From Calditrichia bacterium (GTDB lineage: Bacteria; Calditrichota; Calditrichia; JAJRVZ01): a DNA stretch of 64,000 nt. Positions within the stretch are counted from its first letter, which is position 1. Each line of letters begins with the position of its first letter. Shown piece by piece: positions 7,836 to 22,800 of the stretch. The notes below the pieces were generated by a model. It saw only the letters and a list, made by a program, of their open reading frames with translations, was not told where the DNA came from and did no database searches. Location: positions 480,001 through 544,000 of the forward strand of contig CAVZSQ010000013.1 in the NCBI GenBank assembly GCA_963777955.1, read 5' to 3'. The position numbers and the translations under genes were made by a program.

Positions 7836-10800
7836 TTATTTTAGATAAGCAATTTTTGTGATATAGGTCTGTGTCGCTCCACCGCCGACAGGTTTGATTT
7901 GCAACTGACACAGATATACATCATTAAGCACCGTTTTCCCGCGGTCATTTTTACCATCCCACTTGATATCATCATATGATCCACGAGATCTTCTATCCTT
8001 TTTCGTCCAGACCAATCCTCCGGTCAGAGTAAAGATACGTATTTCAATAGTCGGAATCCTGCTCCAGATATACCAGGATTATGGTTTCGTCTTCATTCCG
8101 GCCAAATGGATTAGGATAATTCCGGAATGCTTCTTTGGAATTATGGGGTACACGACTAATCACCCCCGATCTGCCACCCATCGCTTTGAGGCACTCTTCC
8201 ATCTGGACCCGCCACATCCAAGGACCATATGCGGGATTTACATCATAGGCATAAATATCGAGCAGTACACATCTGAAACTGCGATTGGTAGCGTCTAGAT
8301 TTAAATTTAGCCAGTACTATCACTGTATCCTCTAGTACCTGCAGCCATGACTGAATCACTCCGGTGAATGGGAAGGAATAATGGATTCCCACGTACTCAT
8401 TAGTAATGTCAAGCGAACCAAATTCTATTGCGTCCTTGGCCAGAGCCTGTAATTCATGGTAACGATCCAGATTAACCAGCGTCAAGGATTCAAACATATT
8501 GACCAAAGTTGAAGTCATCAACGTATCGTCACTGCTGGCACCAATAAAAGACAAGTTTTAAATTCTTAAGGGTCACATCATTCTGCAGCCCCGCTAAATC
8601 CAGCATTCGAAATTTCAAAAGCCAATAAGGGTGCATTATCGTCACCGCGTCTGGAACATTTGATTTTCGATCAGGGAATCGGTCAGATTGGTAACTATTA
8701 TACTTCTTTTTCTCAGTGCTGATTGAGAATGACCTGCTGCTGTTACTTGCATCAACATATGCAGGATCGCCACTGTTACGGTCATCCGGTACACCCGGAT
8801 CAGGGTAAAAGTTATAGTTTTGGCAAATACCGTGGTGTCTGGCGCCAGAACACTCCAGATTACCAGGGTATCATCAATGGCAAAGGTGCGAATACTAGTC
8901 TGGTGGTGTTAAAGTAAATATATCCGGCCGTGAGATCTTTACCTGGCATAGACCGGTAACATCAGCCATACCAGTAATACCGTTAAGATCCCTTTCTACC
9001 TTGGTACGGAATTCAATTGTCTGGCCCACTGAAACCAGGCCGTTCTTTGCGGTTTCCGGTGAACTAATTTCTGCCGTCAACATAACCCGGGCGTACGGCT
9101 GCACCAGAATAGAATCATTAACCGTCTGACTTTCTATCTCAGTTCCACTGTTATTATCTGTTACCCAGGCTGTTAGACTAAATCTTTGCATAATTGCACT
9201 GAGCAGAGTTTTTTCACTCCTGATATTCCAGGTGATTACCTTTGTATCCGGAATATATTGCACCGGATTGCTAACAATGAGTCCCGTACCAGGAGGCAAT
9301 GATATTACAGCACGCATATTTGTTACATTGGCGCTGAAATCGAAATAGCGGGTGTAGGTAAAAGTCTGCCCTGCCGATACAGTATCCGCAGGATTGCCGC
9401 CGAGAATTGATATTTCAGCTATGGTTTCCGTGGTAACCGGGATTAATACCTGCCGTACCGCAGCATTGGCCGGCCGCAAGGTATTTTCATCCAGCGGGGT
9501 TGTATCGATCCGGATAGCAATCGATCCGGCTCCCGTTGTCTCAGCCTGTTGTTTCAACGCAACCGAAAGTTCGTTCAGCAATCTCTGCTGTTCCGCTGCC
9601 GCTACGCTGTTCTGCTGGCCATAAGCGCTTCTGGAACTGGTGGCTCCAAGTTTGGACAGTATTTCACTGATCGGCGAGGCAGCATTTTTATTTATGGTAG
9701 TGGTATTGGCATCGATCCACCAGCTGACCGTATCACCGACTGTATAGGTTTTCTGAACAGCATTATCCGTACAACTGCTGCAAAGGCTGAACAGAGAATC
9801 ATCAACTTGTACTGAGATCAAACCCTGGCTGCCGGGAACAATATTGGCCGTACCGGCTCGACTGATATTAGCCCGGATCCTGAACTGCTGACCTTCGGAA
9901 ACACTGCCATCTCTTGCACCAACCGGTTCTACAATAGCCGCTGTAAATACAATACTGGCCTTGGTTATAGTTTGAATGGCCAGCGTGGCATTCGTACTGA
10001 CCGGTGTCAGATTTGCATCGGCATTGAAATTCGCTGAGGCCAACAGGTTCAGCACTGACCAGTCGCTGGCATCTTTCGGAGCCCGGATATACCAGGACAA
10101 ATCATAAACACTCTGCTGAACGTTCAGGAGCTGGCGAATTAAACTGCTATCCTGCGTGGAATAACCTTCTCCGACCGGCAATTGCAGTTTAACCTGGCGG
10201 TTATGGTCAAGCAAGGGATGAAAAGTCACCCGGGCATCTATCCGGATGGAATCCTGATCGGTCGAGACAGTAACACTGTCATTCGTAACGGGACTGCTGA
10301 ACTGTATGGAATTTATTACAATGGAGGCCTGGATCGCATTCACCAGTAACTGGCTGCCGAATGAGTTGATCACGGCATCCTGACCGGTGTTCTGGTCAAC
10401 AGGATAAATCAACTGTGATATCATCAGGGTATCATTAATACCAGCCGTCTGTGCCAGCGATTGTACCAGCCAGCTGACCGAGCGATTGCTAAATGTATAA
10501 GAAGTGTCGGCGGCGGATAAGATCTGGTAATTGGCGGGAACATTCAGGCGTAATAATCCCGGACTAAATGTTGCCGTGCCGCTACTGGTGACATTTAATC
10601 GTACATAGAACCGCTGTCCAACCGCCACGGTCGAATTTGTATCCCCGCTCAGCGTGGTGACTGTACTGCTCAAAGTCAGCACCGCCGGCATATCGGCATG
10701 AACCTGCGCGGTATTTTGAAGTCGGTTGCCCTATACTGATCGGTTGGCCGGTGGTGGCATCAATCGCTGAAACAATTCTGGCCAGGTAAGTATAATCACC

Positions 10801-13800
10801 AGCAAGCGGAATGCTATCCCGGTAGGTATATATGTATTGAGAAGCGGGGGATATATTCTCCGCCAGGACTATCTGGCTTAGCAGATTATTATTGCGAAGT
10901 ATATCGAAAGTCACACTCTTGGCTGTATCGGTTCCGCTGTTGGTTATAAACAACTGCAACTGGAAGGGACGATTTACGTTGACTTTTGGCTTATTGGGTG
11001 CAAGACTATTCCGGACCATGATCAGGCTGTCAATTTTCAGAGCAGCAGGTAATACCACCAGCACGGTATCGGGGCTGCCGGTAAAATTAAATGTATCGAC
11101 CAGAGCCGGAGTACGCTGATCACTGTACCAGACACCCGGTTGCATTACGATTACTCCCGTATCAGCCTGGGCATTCAGCGTAAATGCAGCAGAATAAGGC
11201 CGGCTGTTCCCGGCCGGCAGGATATCCGGTAATGTCGGACTCAATGCGGATGAAATCCAGTTGGCCGATACATCCTTGTTATCACTGGTCCTGCGAAAAT
11301 AAGGTATGATATTTTTTATATCTGCAGTAGAATTACCGCTATTCTGCAGGGTATAAGATACCTGGATATTTTCCTGTCCCTGCCGGACCATATCAGGTAA
11401 CAGATTGAAACTGGTAACCGTAATGGTTGCCGGCTGCAGAATCCGGATGGTGTTCAGACTTACCGTTTCGCGCAGGGTATCTCCGCTGATCTGGATTCCG
11501 ACAACACGCAGGGTAACCGCATAGTCGCTGTTGACCGCCTCGCCCGCCGGAATCATCAATGGTTGAAATTCGATCCAACTGGAATCCTGCGCCAACAGCA
11601 CATAATTGGCCGAAGGATATGTACGCTGGGGTGTGGAAAACCCAAATTCCAGGTAAGAAAGTTCCTTCACGATGGACAGCGAAGCGGTACCCGAATCGTA
11701 CAAACTGATGGTGAATGGGACATTCTGTCTGGGCACCACGCTGGCCGGAGTCAGGGTATTACTCATGTATGTAACCCTGGCGCCGATCAGTACTCTGAAA
11801 CTGGTTATCGGCTGCAGAGATGTTTTAATGATATTTCCGCTGTTCAGGCTCAGCCGGGCAAAAACATTAATCCGTCCAAGCGGAAAATCCTGCGGAACAT
11901 CAAAGACAAAACGTAATTCATTATTGGGTATAGTCTGCAATACTGTAAGCGAATCGGCCCGGCTAATTGTAGATACCAGCAATTCATTTTGTGCCTCATC
12001 CTTAAAAATCAATCTGGTACCGAGTGAATCGATTGGTATTGGAGCTCCATTATTTTCAACCTGCATGATCACCGTGACATTTGACTGACCCTGCAAAACG
12101 TACCCGGGGGAAACCCGTGCCGGGCCGAAGATAATTTGCCCGCCGATCGTGATCTGCCCGGCCTCGATTTGCTGAACATATGAACTGCCATTGCTCCAGC
12201 CGGCTAAAGTAATTGTAACCGGATAATCACCCGCCGGGACGCCGGTTATTAAAGTTTGTCTGAATGCAAGTAAAGTACTGTCAAGCCCGTTCAGAGTTTG
12301 ATCGGAGGTACCGGCCAGCGGAATAGCATAGACCGTCCCGTTAATACTTAAAGTAGTCCGGGCTGAATCAAGAGCAATACCTGCCTGACCGTTGTTATAA
12401 AATCGGGCTGTGAGTTGAACTGTTGTATCGACTCCGAATCCCGCCGGTTGAATGTTAAGCCAGAGAGGATCCGCCGGAGTCTGCAGAAAAATATTGTGCT
12501 GGGCGCCGGCAGAAATCGGAGCCTGGGAATTTACATCTATACCGGAGACCGAAACGCTGGCCTGCACATCCCCAAGAATACCATTGGCCGCGATAATGTA
12601 AAAACGAATGGTGTCGGAACTGTTTCCGGCAAGTATGTACGGCGTCGAACGATTATCCAGTATGTAACGCTGGAACCTTGAATCTGCCGTGCTGAACGTC
12701 ATGGAGATATTCTCGATCCTGGCCGGCGAAATACCGCCATTGCGGAATTGAATGACAGCCAGTACGCTGTCCTGATTCCAGCTGACCGTATCCGGAGTAA
12801 GGTCAAAGCTTAATATATTTAAAGCGGCAATATTTTGAACACTCAGAGTATCCCTGCTGGCTGCCGTGGTGATATTAAATGGCTGATAGTCATTAGCATC
12901 ACTGTAGGTAATAAAGCCGTCGACAAAATAACTACCAATCGTCGCCAGCGGGGAGACCGAAACATTATAGTCGATTACAGTGCTCTGTCCGGCTGTGAGA
13001 AATAATGGTATAGAAGGCGTTGATCTCCGGCTTATGACAAAGTTGCCATCGGCATTCGCCGCGCCTAACATCATATTCAGATCGACACTATCAAGTCGCG
13101 CCGTGGCGCCACTTTGATTGACAATGGTTAAACTGGCCGTCAGACCGGTTTGGCCGGTACTGGCCACATCAGGAGTAATCGCTGCCGACTGCAGTACCAC
13201 AACCGGACGTGTCTGCACCGTCCAATTGTCTGTAGTTACGGCTCCGCTCAGGAGAATAGTCTGGCCTGATGATATCTCCGTGGCCTGTATGCGGGCATCG
13301 ATTGTCTCCAGGCCCAGCATAGCCGTTGGCTGTACAGAAACCTGAATGGTGAAAATCTGTGAAGTGCCTGCATTCAGCACCACCGGTAATGCCGGTAATG
13401 CTTGTGCAGTCGTATAATTTGCCAGGCCATTGGCAAACATCAACAGCACGCTATCCACCCGGATGGCGGTACCCCCTAGATTCCGTAAAGTGACCGAAAC
13501 CGGAATGTCAGCCTGACCACGACTGACCAGTTGAGGAGTCGTGATCACGGACGCAATCTCCATATTCGATACTGATTGCACCTGCCAGATCCAATTTGCG
13601 CTGCTGGTAAATTCAGCACTCGCGCCGGAAACCTGGTTCGTGTAAGCAACCTGGGCCCGTAAAGTATCATACCCCACTGCTGAATTACCGGCTACATTGA
13701 TTGTATCTACCAGTATTCTCGTGCTGTTGCCATTCAGGATAATGGGTAATAATGGCCGGCGCTGGGTATACAGACCGATCTTACTGGTCAGGTTCAATGA

Positions 13801-16800
13801 GTTAACCTGCACGGCAGCCTGTCCGCTATTGACCATTCTGATATAAACCAGAATATCACTCTGACCCTGAACCACATATGGCAGCGAGTAGATCGAATCG
13901 ACGGTCACATTCGGCTGGGTGAGCAGGAACCAGTTGTCCGTCACAGCCCCGGATACATCCTGTACCCGCTGGTTGCTGTTGATATCATATCCGTAGACCT
14001 GTGCCGAGATTGTGGTGTTGCCGGCCGGAGCACTGCCCGGAATATGTACGCGCAAATCAAAAGCCCTCGTTCCGCCGCCGTTTACTGTAAACGGCAAGGC
14101 GGGAGTAACTGCCAGGGGATCTCCGTAAGGAATCGTCCGTAATGTATCTATAACCACAGATGCCTGTCCGGTATTACCAATCGTTACCGTCAGGGTTGTA
14201 TCCATATTTTGAGTTACCGTATCAGTACTGACCACCAAACCCTGGACAATTGTGTTTGCCACCGTTTGAATACGCAATGAATCACCCAGGATGATGGTAC
14301 GATCAAAACTTGAACTATTTTCATGTCCGACCAGCCGGAGTGAGTATGGGTATATACCCGCTGCTGCGGTCATGGCCGCCTGGTTAAATTGCAGGTTCGG
14401 AGTACTATTCCCGGGAATGACTGTAAAATTCTGAACAGGGAAACTTTGTCCGTCAACCTGCAACCTGGTCAAACTTGTATCCAGATCCAAATCTGCCTGG
14501 CCGGTGTTCTGCAATTGCACTTCCGGTTGAATTAACTGATTCCGGGAGATCAATGTGGGAGTAACAGCACTGTAAACTATATTTACGGCACGCTGGATCA
14601 GCCAGCTGTCAGTGGTATCAGCACCAACATCGGAAACCGGGGAGTCTGTAAAAGTATCCCGGCCATATACCGACGCATTGATCATTTCCACACCGCTCGG
14701 AGAGGCAGCATTCAGTTGAACCAGGAATTGAATGGCAGTGGTCGACGCACTGTCCAGAGTAATAGCCGGTTGTTGAAAAACCGTAGCCGGAATATATAAT
14801 CCGCGAATTGTATTTAACCGCACGGAATCGATTACCACAGAATTATTTCCGGAATTGGCCACCCGGAGCAGAACCCGGATGCTATCCTGGCCGGTACTCA
14901 CAGTATCCAGATCAGCCTGTACGGCAAGGATATTCACCCCTCCTGAACCAAAAACCTGCCAGGCCGAAAGATACGCGGATGTATGCGTTCCGTCCTGAGT
15001 GCGGTTTACTTCCTGGAATTGCACTCCGCCGCGCAAAGAATCAACACCAAGGGGTGCCGTAGTAAGCACATCCACATCGTAGGTGATCGTGTCCTGTTGA
15101 CCGCCATCGATGAAGAATGGAAAAGTCGGCGCGATTAATTCACGATTATAATAAGTATTACCATTTCTGAAATTAAGCGTAACCGAATTCAGCTGAGCAC
15201 GGGCTTGTCCATAATTGCGTACCGCCAGCGTTGTGGCAATATCATTTTGACCCTGGCGGACTGAAGCAGGATTGGTAATAGCAAACACGCGGACATCAGC
15301 AGGTGTCTGCAGCAGAATTGAATCGGTTTGTACACTTCCCAGGACATTCACACTTGAACCTGTAATCTGATCGGTTCCAAATGCATTCAGATTCAAAGTA
15401 ATGTAACCACTGTCTAGCGGCGTTGCACTGGCAGTCAACCGGAACTGAGCAGTAATCCTTTGGCCGGCATTCAGCAGATAAGGTATATTAGGCGCCATTA
15501 ATTGAGCGGATAGTATCGGATGAATAACTATACCATCAAAAGTCATTTGCAAAGTATTCAGTTGAACCGCTGCGTCCCCGGTATTGCCGATTACCGCATA
15601 GGCCAATACGCCGGTTTGACCCAGAGTCATGCTCGTGGTTGCCGTATAAACACTGTCGATCACCAATGCGGCCTGATTGCCAATCCTCCAGGTCTTGGGA
15701 GTGACTGCACCACTGTCCACATAACTGGCGGTCAGATTATTGGCATCCCGGTATCTGACAAAACCATCCACCCATATCGTATCACCAATTACTGAATTTG
15801 ATATATCCACATTATAAAATATGGTATCTCTCTCCCCTCCGGACAGTGAATCTTTTAGTGTGGCGATCAGGATCGAATCAATTATGGAACCTGCCGGTAC
15901 GCCATACAGGCCGGTGGTATCCATGTAAGCAGTAGCCAATCCCTGATTGCGAATTTGCATTTCCACCAGCAGATTCTGCTGACCCCGGTTGACCTGCGGA
16001 TAACTGTTGCGGATTGACGTGATCACGATCTGGGGTGCTGACTGAACCAGCCAGGCATCAAGGTAAGCACTCTGGTCTGCTGCGATTGCCCCGGTACGCT
16101 GATTGCGGCCGATAACAAATCCGCGAATGGAATCGATCCCTGTCGCAGCAAAGGTGTTTATGGTTACCGTAAAATCAAACTGCTGCGTCGATAACGGAGC
16201 AATGGTAAACGGCAGTACGGGCGCAGTTAATGTTACCAGATTATTATTGTTCAAAAATTGCAATCCGATGCTGTCAGCGGCGCCGATGCGTGCTCCCACC
16301 TGGCCGGTATTAGTAATCTGCATCTGAATAGTTAAACCGGCCTGGCCCTGACTGACCCTGCTGGCAATGGCATTAATAGACATAATATCAAGATTGGCCC
16401 GGCTCAAGACCGTCCAGGTATCATAAATAACAGGATTATTCAGCACATAAGTACTGCCGCTATTCTGATCCTGATAAGTGACCGCTACCCGGAAAGTATC
16501 TAATCCGGTGGCAGCATTCTCAGCAATATCTATTGTATAGTTAATAAGTGCCGAATCACCGCCATTGATTGTTAGTGGGAAAATAATTCCGGACGGTGCC
16601 AGGGTATATGTAGAGTTATAGTCAAAGACTATATCAGCGGCACTATTGATCCGTGCCGTCGCATTACCGCTATTCCGAACCCGAACCGCAATACTTTGAT
16701 CCTGTTCACCCTGACTCACATTGATATCACTTAACAGGATGGAAGAAAGAATTAAACTGCTTGGTGATTGAACCTCAAGTTCATCTCCCGGAGCTGTAAG

Positions 16801-19800
16801 CAGAGTACCGCTGTAAGGCACCCCATTCTCAGTTCCGTTCAGGATCAACGTACCGGAATAACTTCCCTGTGCCAGGCTGATATTTGCGGCAGCGAACCGC
16901 AGGATAGAATTAGTAGCTGCGGTAATTGCCTGATCTCCGTTGAGAGTAAAAGTCTGCGTACCGAAAGTCAGCGTTGTTTGCGCCTGCTGGAGCAGGACAT
17001 TCGCATCTCCGGTGTTGTTTACTGTAACCTCGAATGAGGCCGGCTGCCCGTTTGATACGGTTTGTGGTGTGTAACTGACCAGGGCAACTTGTGCAGCATT
17101 AATGATTGTAAACGAGTCCGTGGTAATAGACGAATTGTCATACACAAAATTGCCATTGACCGCCAGTGTCCCGGAGATATATCCATCCACCTGCACATTA
17201 CCGAGAGTAGCACTGACCGGTACTGCCACACGGAACGAAAAACTCGCCTGGGCTTTTGCCGGGATATTAACCGGATTGGCCGGAGCGGGTATTAAGGTAA
17301 AACCTAACTCCGGATTAAAAACCAGCGCAGGATTCAGGTTCTGCAGAAGATAAGCGCTATTATTTTGAACTACCATGGTGATATCGGGTATGGTATCACC
17401 CAGACTTACAATATTACCCGCTAAACCAATAATGGTAACAGAGCGAATAACCAGCGGCTCGATTGCTAATTCAGCCGGCGATGAGTTTAACGTACCATTT
17501 ATCGTTTCTCCGCCTGACGTAGCATCAAAAGTGAATGCCGGGGTATAATCACCCATAATAAAATTATCCGCGATAATTCCATCAATAAATTTAAGCCGGA
17601 CTGTATTCGATCGTGCAGGCATCGCCGCCGGTGAATCCAGTTGCGCCGTGGTAGTATTGATGCCATCCGAGAAACTTAAATATGTATTAGCCAGGTTTAA
17701 ATTGACAACATCCGGACCTGGATTGGAAAAATCTGCATAAAAAGTTAATGTATCACCCGGTAAACCGACCTTGGGATTAAGTGAATTACTATTATATCTG
17801 ACAGCATAGACATTGAATGTGGTGGTATCGTTTGCTCCGATGATATAAGCGCGGGCAATACTCGAATCTAAATTAGCCGGTGGAAAATATACACTCTGGG
17901 CCAGGCCCGAACTATTCGTGCTGGTTATCGGATTGGATACACGCGTTGCCGGTAAAAATCCGACTGAACGGTTGGCCACCAGATTATTATACTGATCCCT
18001 GACTTCGGCCTGCAAAAGCCGTCCGCTGCCGGCAAAGGTTGTCCGGTTATTGCCGGTAATTGAAGTAATATTAACTGCCGCACCTGGTATAACAGTTGCC
18101 CGGAATAAAGCAGGATCCGCACCTGAAGAAGTGGCTCTGAGCGTATCATAACCAGCCTGGGTTCTCAGGACCCAATTCGCCTGAGCATAGCCGCCGGAAT
18201 TAGTCAGCAAGCCGGCATTGACTGTATCACCATCAGCAGTGTTAGTCCAGTCGATCGTTGCACCTGAAACCGGATTCATATACTGATCAACAAGCCGGAT
18301 CCTCACCGCTAAAGCCAACTGGGTTCCGGCCACACCTGACTGCTGATTGCCGGAGTACAGGATAAGCGAATCCCCTACATCGGCCAGTGCTGTGGCTTGA
18401 AACAGAATCTGACCGGGATCGAGTGTATTATTCATCGCCACAACAACATAATTTCCAATTTTGGATCCCATGGTAAAAGTAGTTTGAGCCAAACCACTGG
18501 CGTTGGTCTGTGTTTGAATCGGATTGAGCGAGTAATCCCCGCCTCCATCCGGTAAAGCTAACATACCAAAGGCAATGGTAACTCCGGATACCGGATTACC
18601 CAGACTATCCGCAACCCTGACCACCATAGGCAGGGGTAAATTAGTTCCAACAACACCCGTTTGATTGTTACCTGAAACTAAGATCAGACTATCGGCAGAT
18701 GACGAACCTACAATTGCATAAAATGCCGCTGTAGCGGGTATACTGGCCACAGTGGCATAAGCAGTATCGGCACCCAGGCTGCTGCGCAAACGCCAGTTAG
18801 CACCGGCATAACCTGAATTATCAGTAATATTTATTGCCGGAATCGAGCTGGCCGCTGGACGAAGGAGTAGTCCAGTTTACGGTAATATTTGGCACCGGAT
18901 TGGTAAAACGATCGATAACCCGTATCCGCGGCGGATCGGAGACGAATGAACTGGCCGAACCGGTCTGCACAAAACCGCCGCCGACAATTATTATTGAGTC
19001 GGGATTTGCCGGACGTACCCGGATCAAACCTGAAATATCGCCTAATACAGTATGACGAGCTCTGAAAATTGCAGAATTGACCGTCCGGAAATAAAACCGG
19101 TTAAATGTCGCTGAATCTGAGTTGGCAAAGAAACCGATCGGATCGCCATCGGTTGACCATAAAACTCTCTGGTCACCTAAATAATTATTTTCCAGATCAT
19201 AACCGGCGGCATAAAGGGCAACCGAATCGCCGGCAATCCGGGTTAAAGTGTCCAGTTCGATCCCGCCGCCGCCAGGCCCTGTGCGGATGATCAGTTTTGT
19301 CAAACCGCCGGGCTGGATGACGATTGTTCCGGTTGAATCATTATTCCAACCTGAACTGTTGGTTGTATAAATAAATCCGTTGCCTGGTGCAATCGGGAAA
19401 ATATTCAAGTTAGAGGTATTGGTGCTGTCGGTAAATCCTGATATTGTTCCGGTCTTTTGCCAGTCTACATTTACATCCGATACATAATTGCTGTTTACAT
19501 CGTAGCCGGCGGAATAGAAATGAAGATTATCGCCGACGACGATCGTATCAGCAGCAAACTCTGCTCCGGCACCGTCAGGTGCATCACGTATGACTAGTGA
19601 GGCCACGGTACCTGTCCCAACCGTAATTAAACCTGTATAATCAAGAATACTTGGATTGCTTGTACTTATGGCCCGGATCAGACCTGAACCAAGTGTTGTT
19701 GCATCGAATACAATGCTGTCCAGTAAATTAGCAGTTATGAATTGTCCGATCGGGGCATTTAAAAACCAGTTTGCATTCCTGGTGCCTAGATAATTACCAT

Positions 19801-22800
19801 AAAGATCATAACCGACCGCATACAATGTTAAAGTCTGATCCGTGGTCAGTGTCGTGTCATCAAACGCCTGACCTGCCGTGCGTATTGTCTGTATTTTTAA
19901 TTCTGCCAATGTCCCGCTAGTAATTGTAATAGTACCTGTTGAATCAGGAGTTACACCGCCAATAGAACTGGTGGCGATGATCCGCCCGGCATCGGGTGCG
20001 ATACTCGGAGAAAAGACATAAGAACTTCCGGAACCTGAAACTGAATTGGCTAATCCGATCTCCGACCAATTGACTGTAACATTGCCCGTGTAATTTGCAT
20101 ACTGGTCGTATCCCGCTGCATAGAATACAATTGAACTTGTGACAGTAATGGTTGAATCAGCAAATTCTACTCCCTGATTATTATTTGCTGTTCGTATGCG
20201 CACATAATCAAGACTATTGGACGTAATCGTGATTAGCCCGCTCACCCCCTGCTTGGCGTGATCTGACTGGCTCCAGCCGGTCAGCGTAAAACTCTCCGCG
20301 GTATTGTCATATACCTGAAACGTCGCTACTCCCGCCGTTAAACTCTGACTCGCCGGCGTCTCTATAACATTGGCACTGCTGCCGATTAATTCCACCACCG
20401 TGCTGTTATCGCTGCTTACTAAATTGTTATTGCCGTCATAGGCACGGACCACTACGTTTATATTCACCCCGGCCAGCGCACTGTATACCGCCGGCGTCAC
20501 CGTGTAGTACGATATGCCTCCCGCTGTTCCCGTCACCGTGAACACTATACTATCCGCAGGACTGCTCACTATCACCGCCGCCACCAGGTTCGCACCCGCT
20601 ACCGCTCCGGTCGTTAACGTCGCCTCCGCTATGCCATTGGCACCGCTGCTTACCGTGCGCACTCCCAAACCACCTAAATTTCCGCCGCCGCTTATTACCC
20701 GGTATCTGATACTCTCATTATTCACTACATTACCATACGCATCCGTCACCAATGAACGCAGTAACTGATCCGTTCCTGCCACCACGCTCACTCCGCTACC
20801 GCTCGATACCGACAGGTTCGTCGCCGCATTCGAACTGACCGTCACTACCCCGCTAACCCCCTGCTTGGCGTGATCTGACTGGCTCCAGCCGGTCAGCGTA
20901 AAACTCTCCGCGGTATTGTCATATACCTGAAACGTCGCTACTCCCGCCGTTAAACTCTGACTCGCCGGCGTCTCTATAACATTGGCACTGCTGCCGATTA
21001 ATTCCACCACCGTGCTGTTATCGCTGCTTACTAAATTGTTATTGCCGTCATAGGCACGGACCACTACGTTTATATTCACCCCGGCCAGAGCACTGTATAC
21101 CGCCGGCGTCACCGTGTAGTACGATATGCCTCCCGCTGTTCCCGTCACCGTGAACACTATACTATCCGCAGGACTGCTCACTATCACCGCCGCCACCAGG
21201 TTCGCACCCGCTACCGCTCCGGTCGTTAACGTCGCCTCCGCTATGCCATTGGCACCGCTGCTCACCGTGCGCACTCCCAAACCACCTAAATTTCCGCCGC
21301 CGCTTATTACCCGGTATCTGATACTCTCATTATTCACTACATTACCATACGCATCCGTCACCAATGAACGCAGTAACTGATCCGTTCCTGCCACCACGCT
21401 CACTCCGCTACCGCTCGATACCGACAGGTTCGTCGCCGCATTCGAACTGACCGTCACTACCCCGCTAACCCCCTGCTTGGCGTGATCTGACTGGCTCCAG
21501 CCGGTCAGCGTAAAACTCTCCGCGGTATTGTCATATACCTGAAACGTCGCTACTCCCGCCGTTAAACTCTGACTCGCCGGCGTCTCTATAACATTGGCAC
21601 TGCTGCCGATTAATTCCACCACCGTGCTGTTATCGCTGCTTACTAAATTGTTATTGCCGTCATAGGCACGGACCACTACGTTTATATTCACCCCGGCCAG
21701 CGCACTGTATACCGCCGGCGTCACCGTGTAGTACGATATGCCTCCCGCTGTTCCCGTCACCGTGAACACTATACTATCCGCAGGACTGCTCACTATCACC
21801 GCCGCCACCAGGTTCGCACCCGCTACCGCTCCGGTCGTTAACGTCGCCTCCGCTATGCCATTGGCACCGCTGCTCACCGTGCGCACTCCCAAACCACCTA
21901 AATTTCCGCCGCCGCTTATTACCCGGTATCTGATACTCTCATTATTCACTACATTACCATACGCATCCGTCACCAATGAACGCAGTAACTGATCCGTTCC
22001 CGCCACCACGCTCACTCCGCTACCGCTCGATACCGACAGGTTCGTCGCCGCATTCGAACTGACCGTCACTACCCCGCTAACCCCCTGCTTGGCGTGATCT
22101 GACTGGCTCCAGCCGGTCAGCGTAAAACTCTCCGCTGTATTGTCATATACCTGAAACGTCGCTACTCCCGCCGTTAAACTCTGACTCGCCGGCGTCTCTA
22201 TAACATTCGCACTGCTGCCGATTAATTCCACCACCGTGCTGTTATCGCTGCTCACTAAATTGTTATTGCCGTCATAGGCACGTACCACTACGTTTATATT
22301 CACCCCGGCCAGCGCACTGTATACCGCCGGCGTCACCGTGTAGTACGATATGCCTCCCGCTGTTCCCGTCACCGTGAACACTATACTATCCGCAGGACTG
22401 CTCACTATCACCGCCGCCACCAGGTTCGCACCCGCTACCGCTCCGGTCGTTAACGTCGCCTCCGCTATGCCATTGGCACCGCTGCTCACCGTGCGCACTC
22501 CCAAACCACCTAAATTTCCGCCGCCGCTTATTACCCGGTATCTGATACTCTCATTATTCACTACATTACCATACGCATCCGTCACCAATGAACGCAGTAA
22601 CTGATCCGTTCCTGCCACCACGCTCACTCCGCTACCGCTCGATACCGACAGGTTCGTCGCCGCATTCGAACTGACCGTCACTACCCCGCTAACCCCCTGC
22701 TTGGCGTGATCTGACTGGCTCCAGCCGGTCAGCGTAAAACTCTCCGCGGTATTGTCATATACCTGAAACGTCGCTACTCCCGCCGTTAAACTCTGACTCG

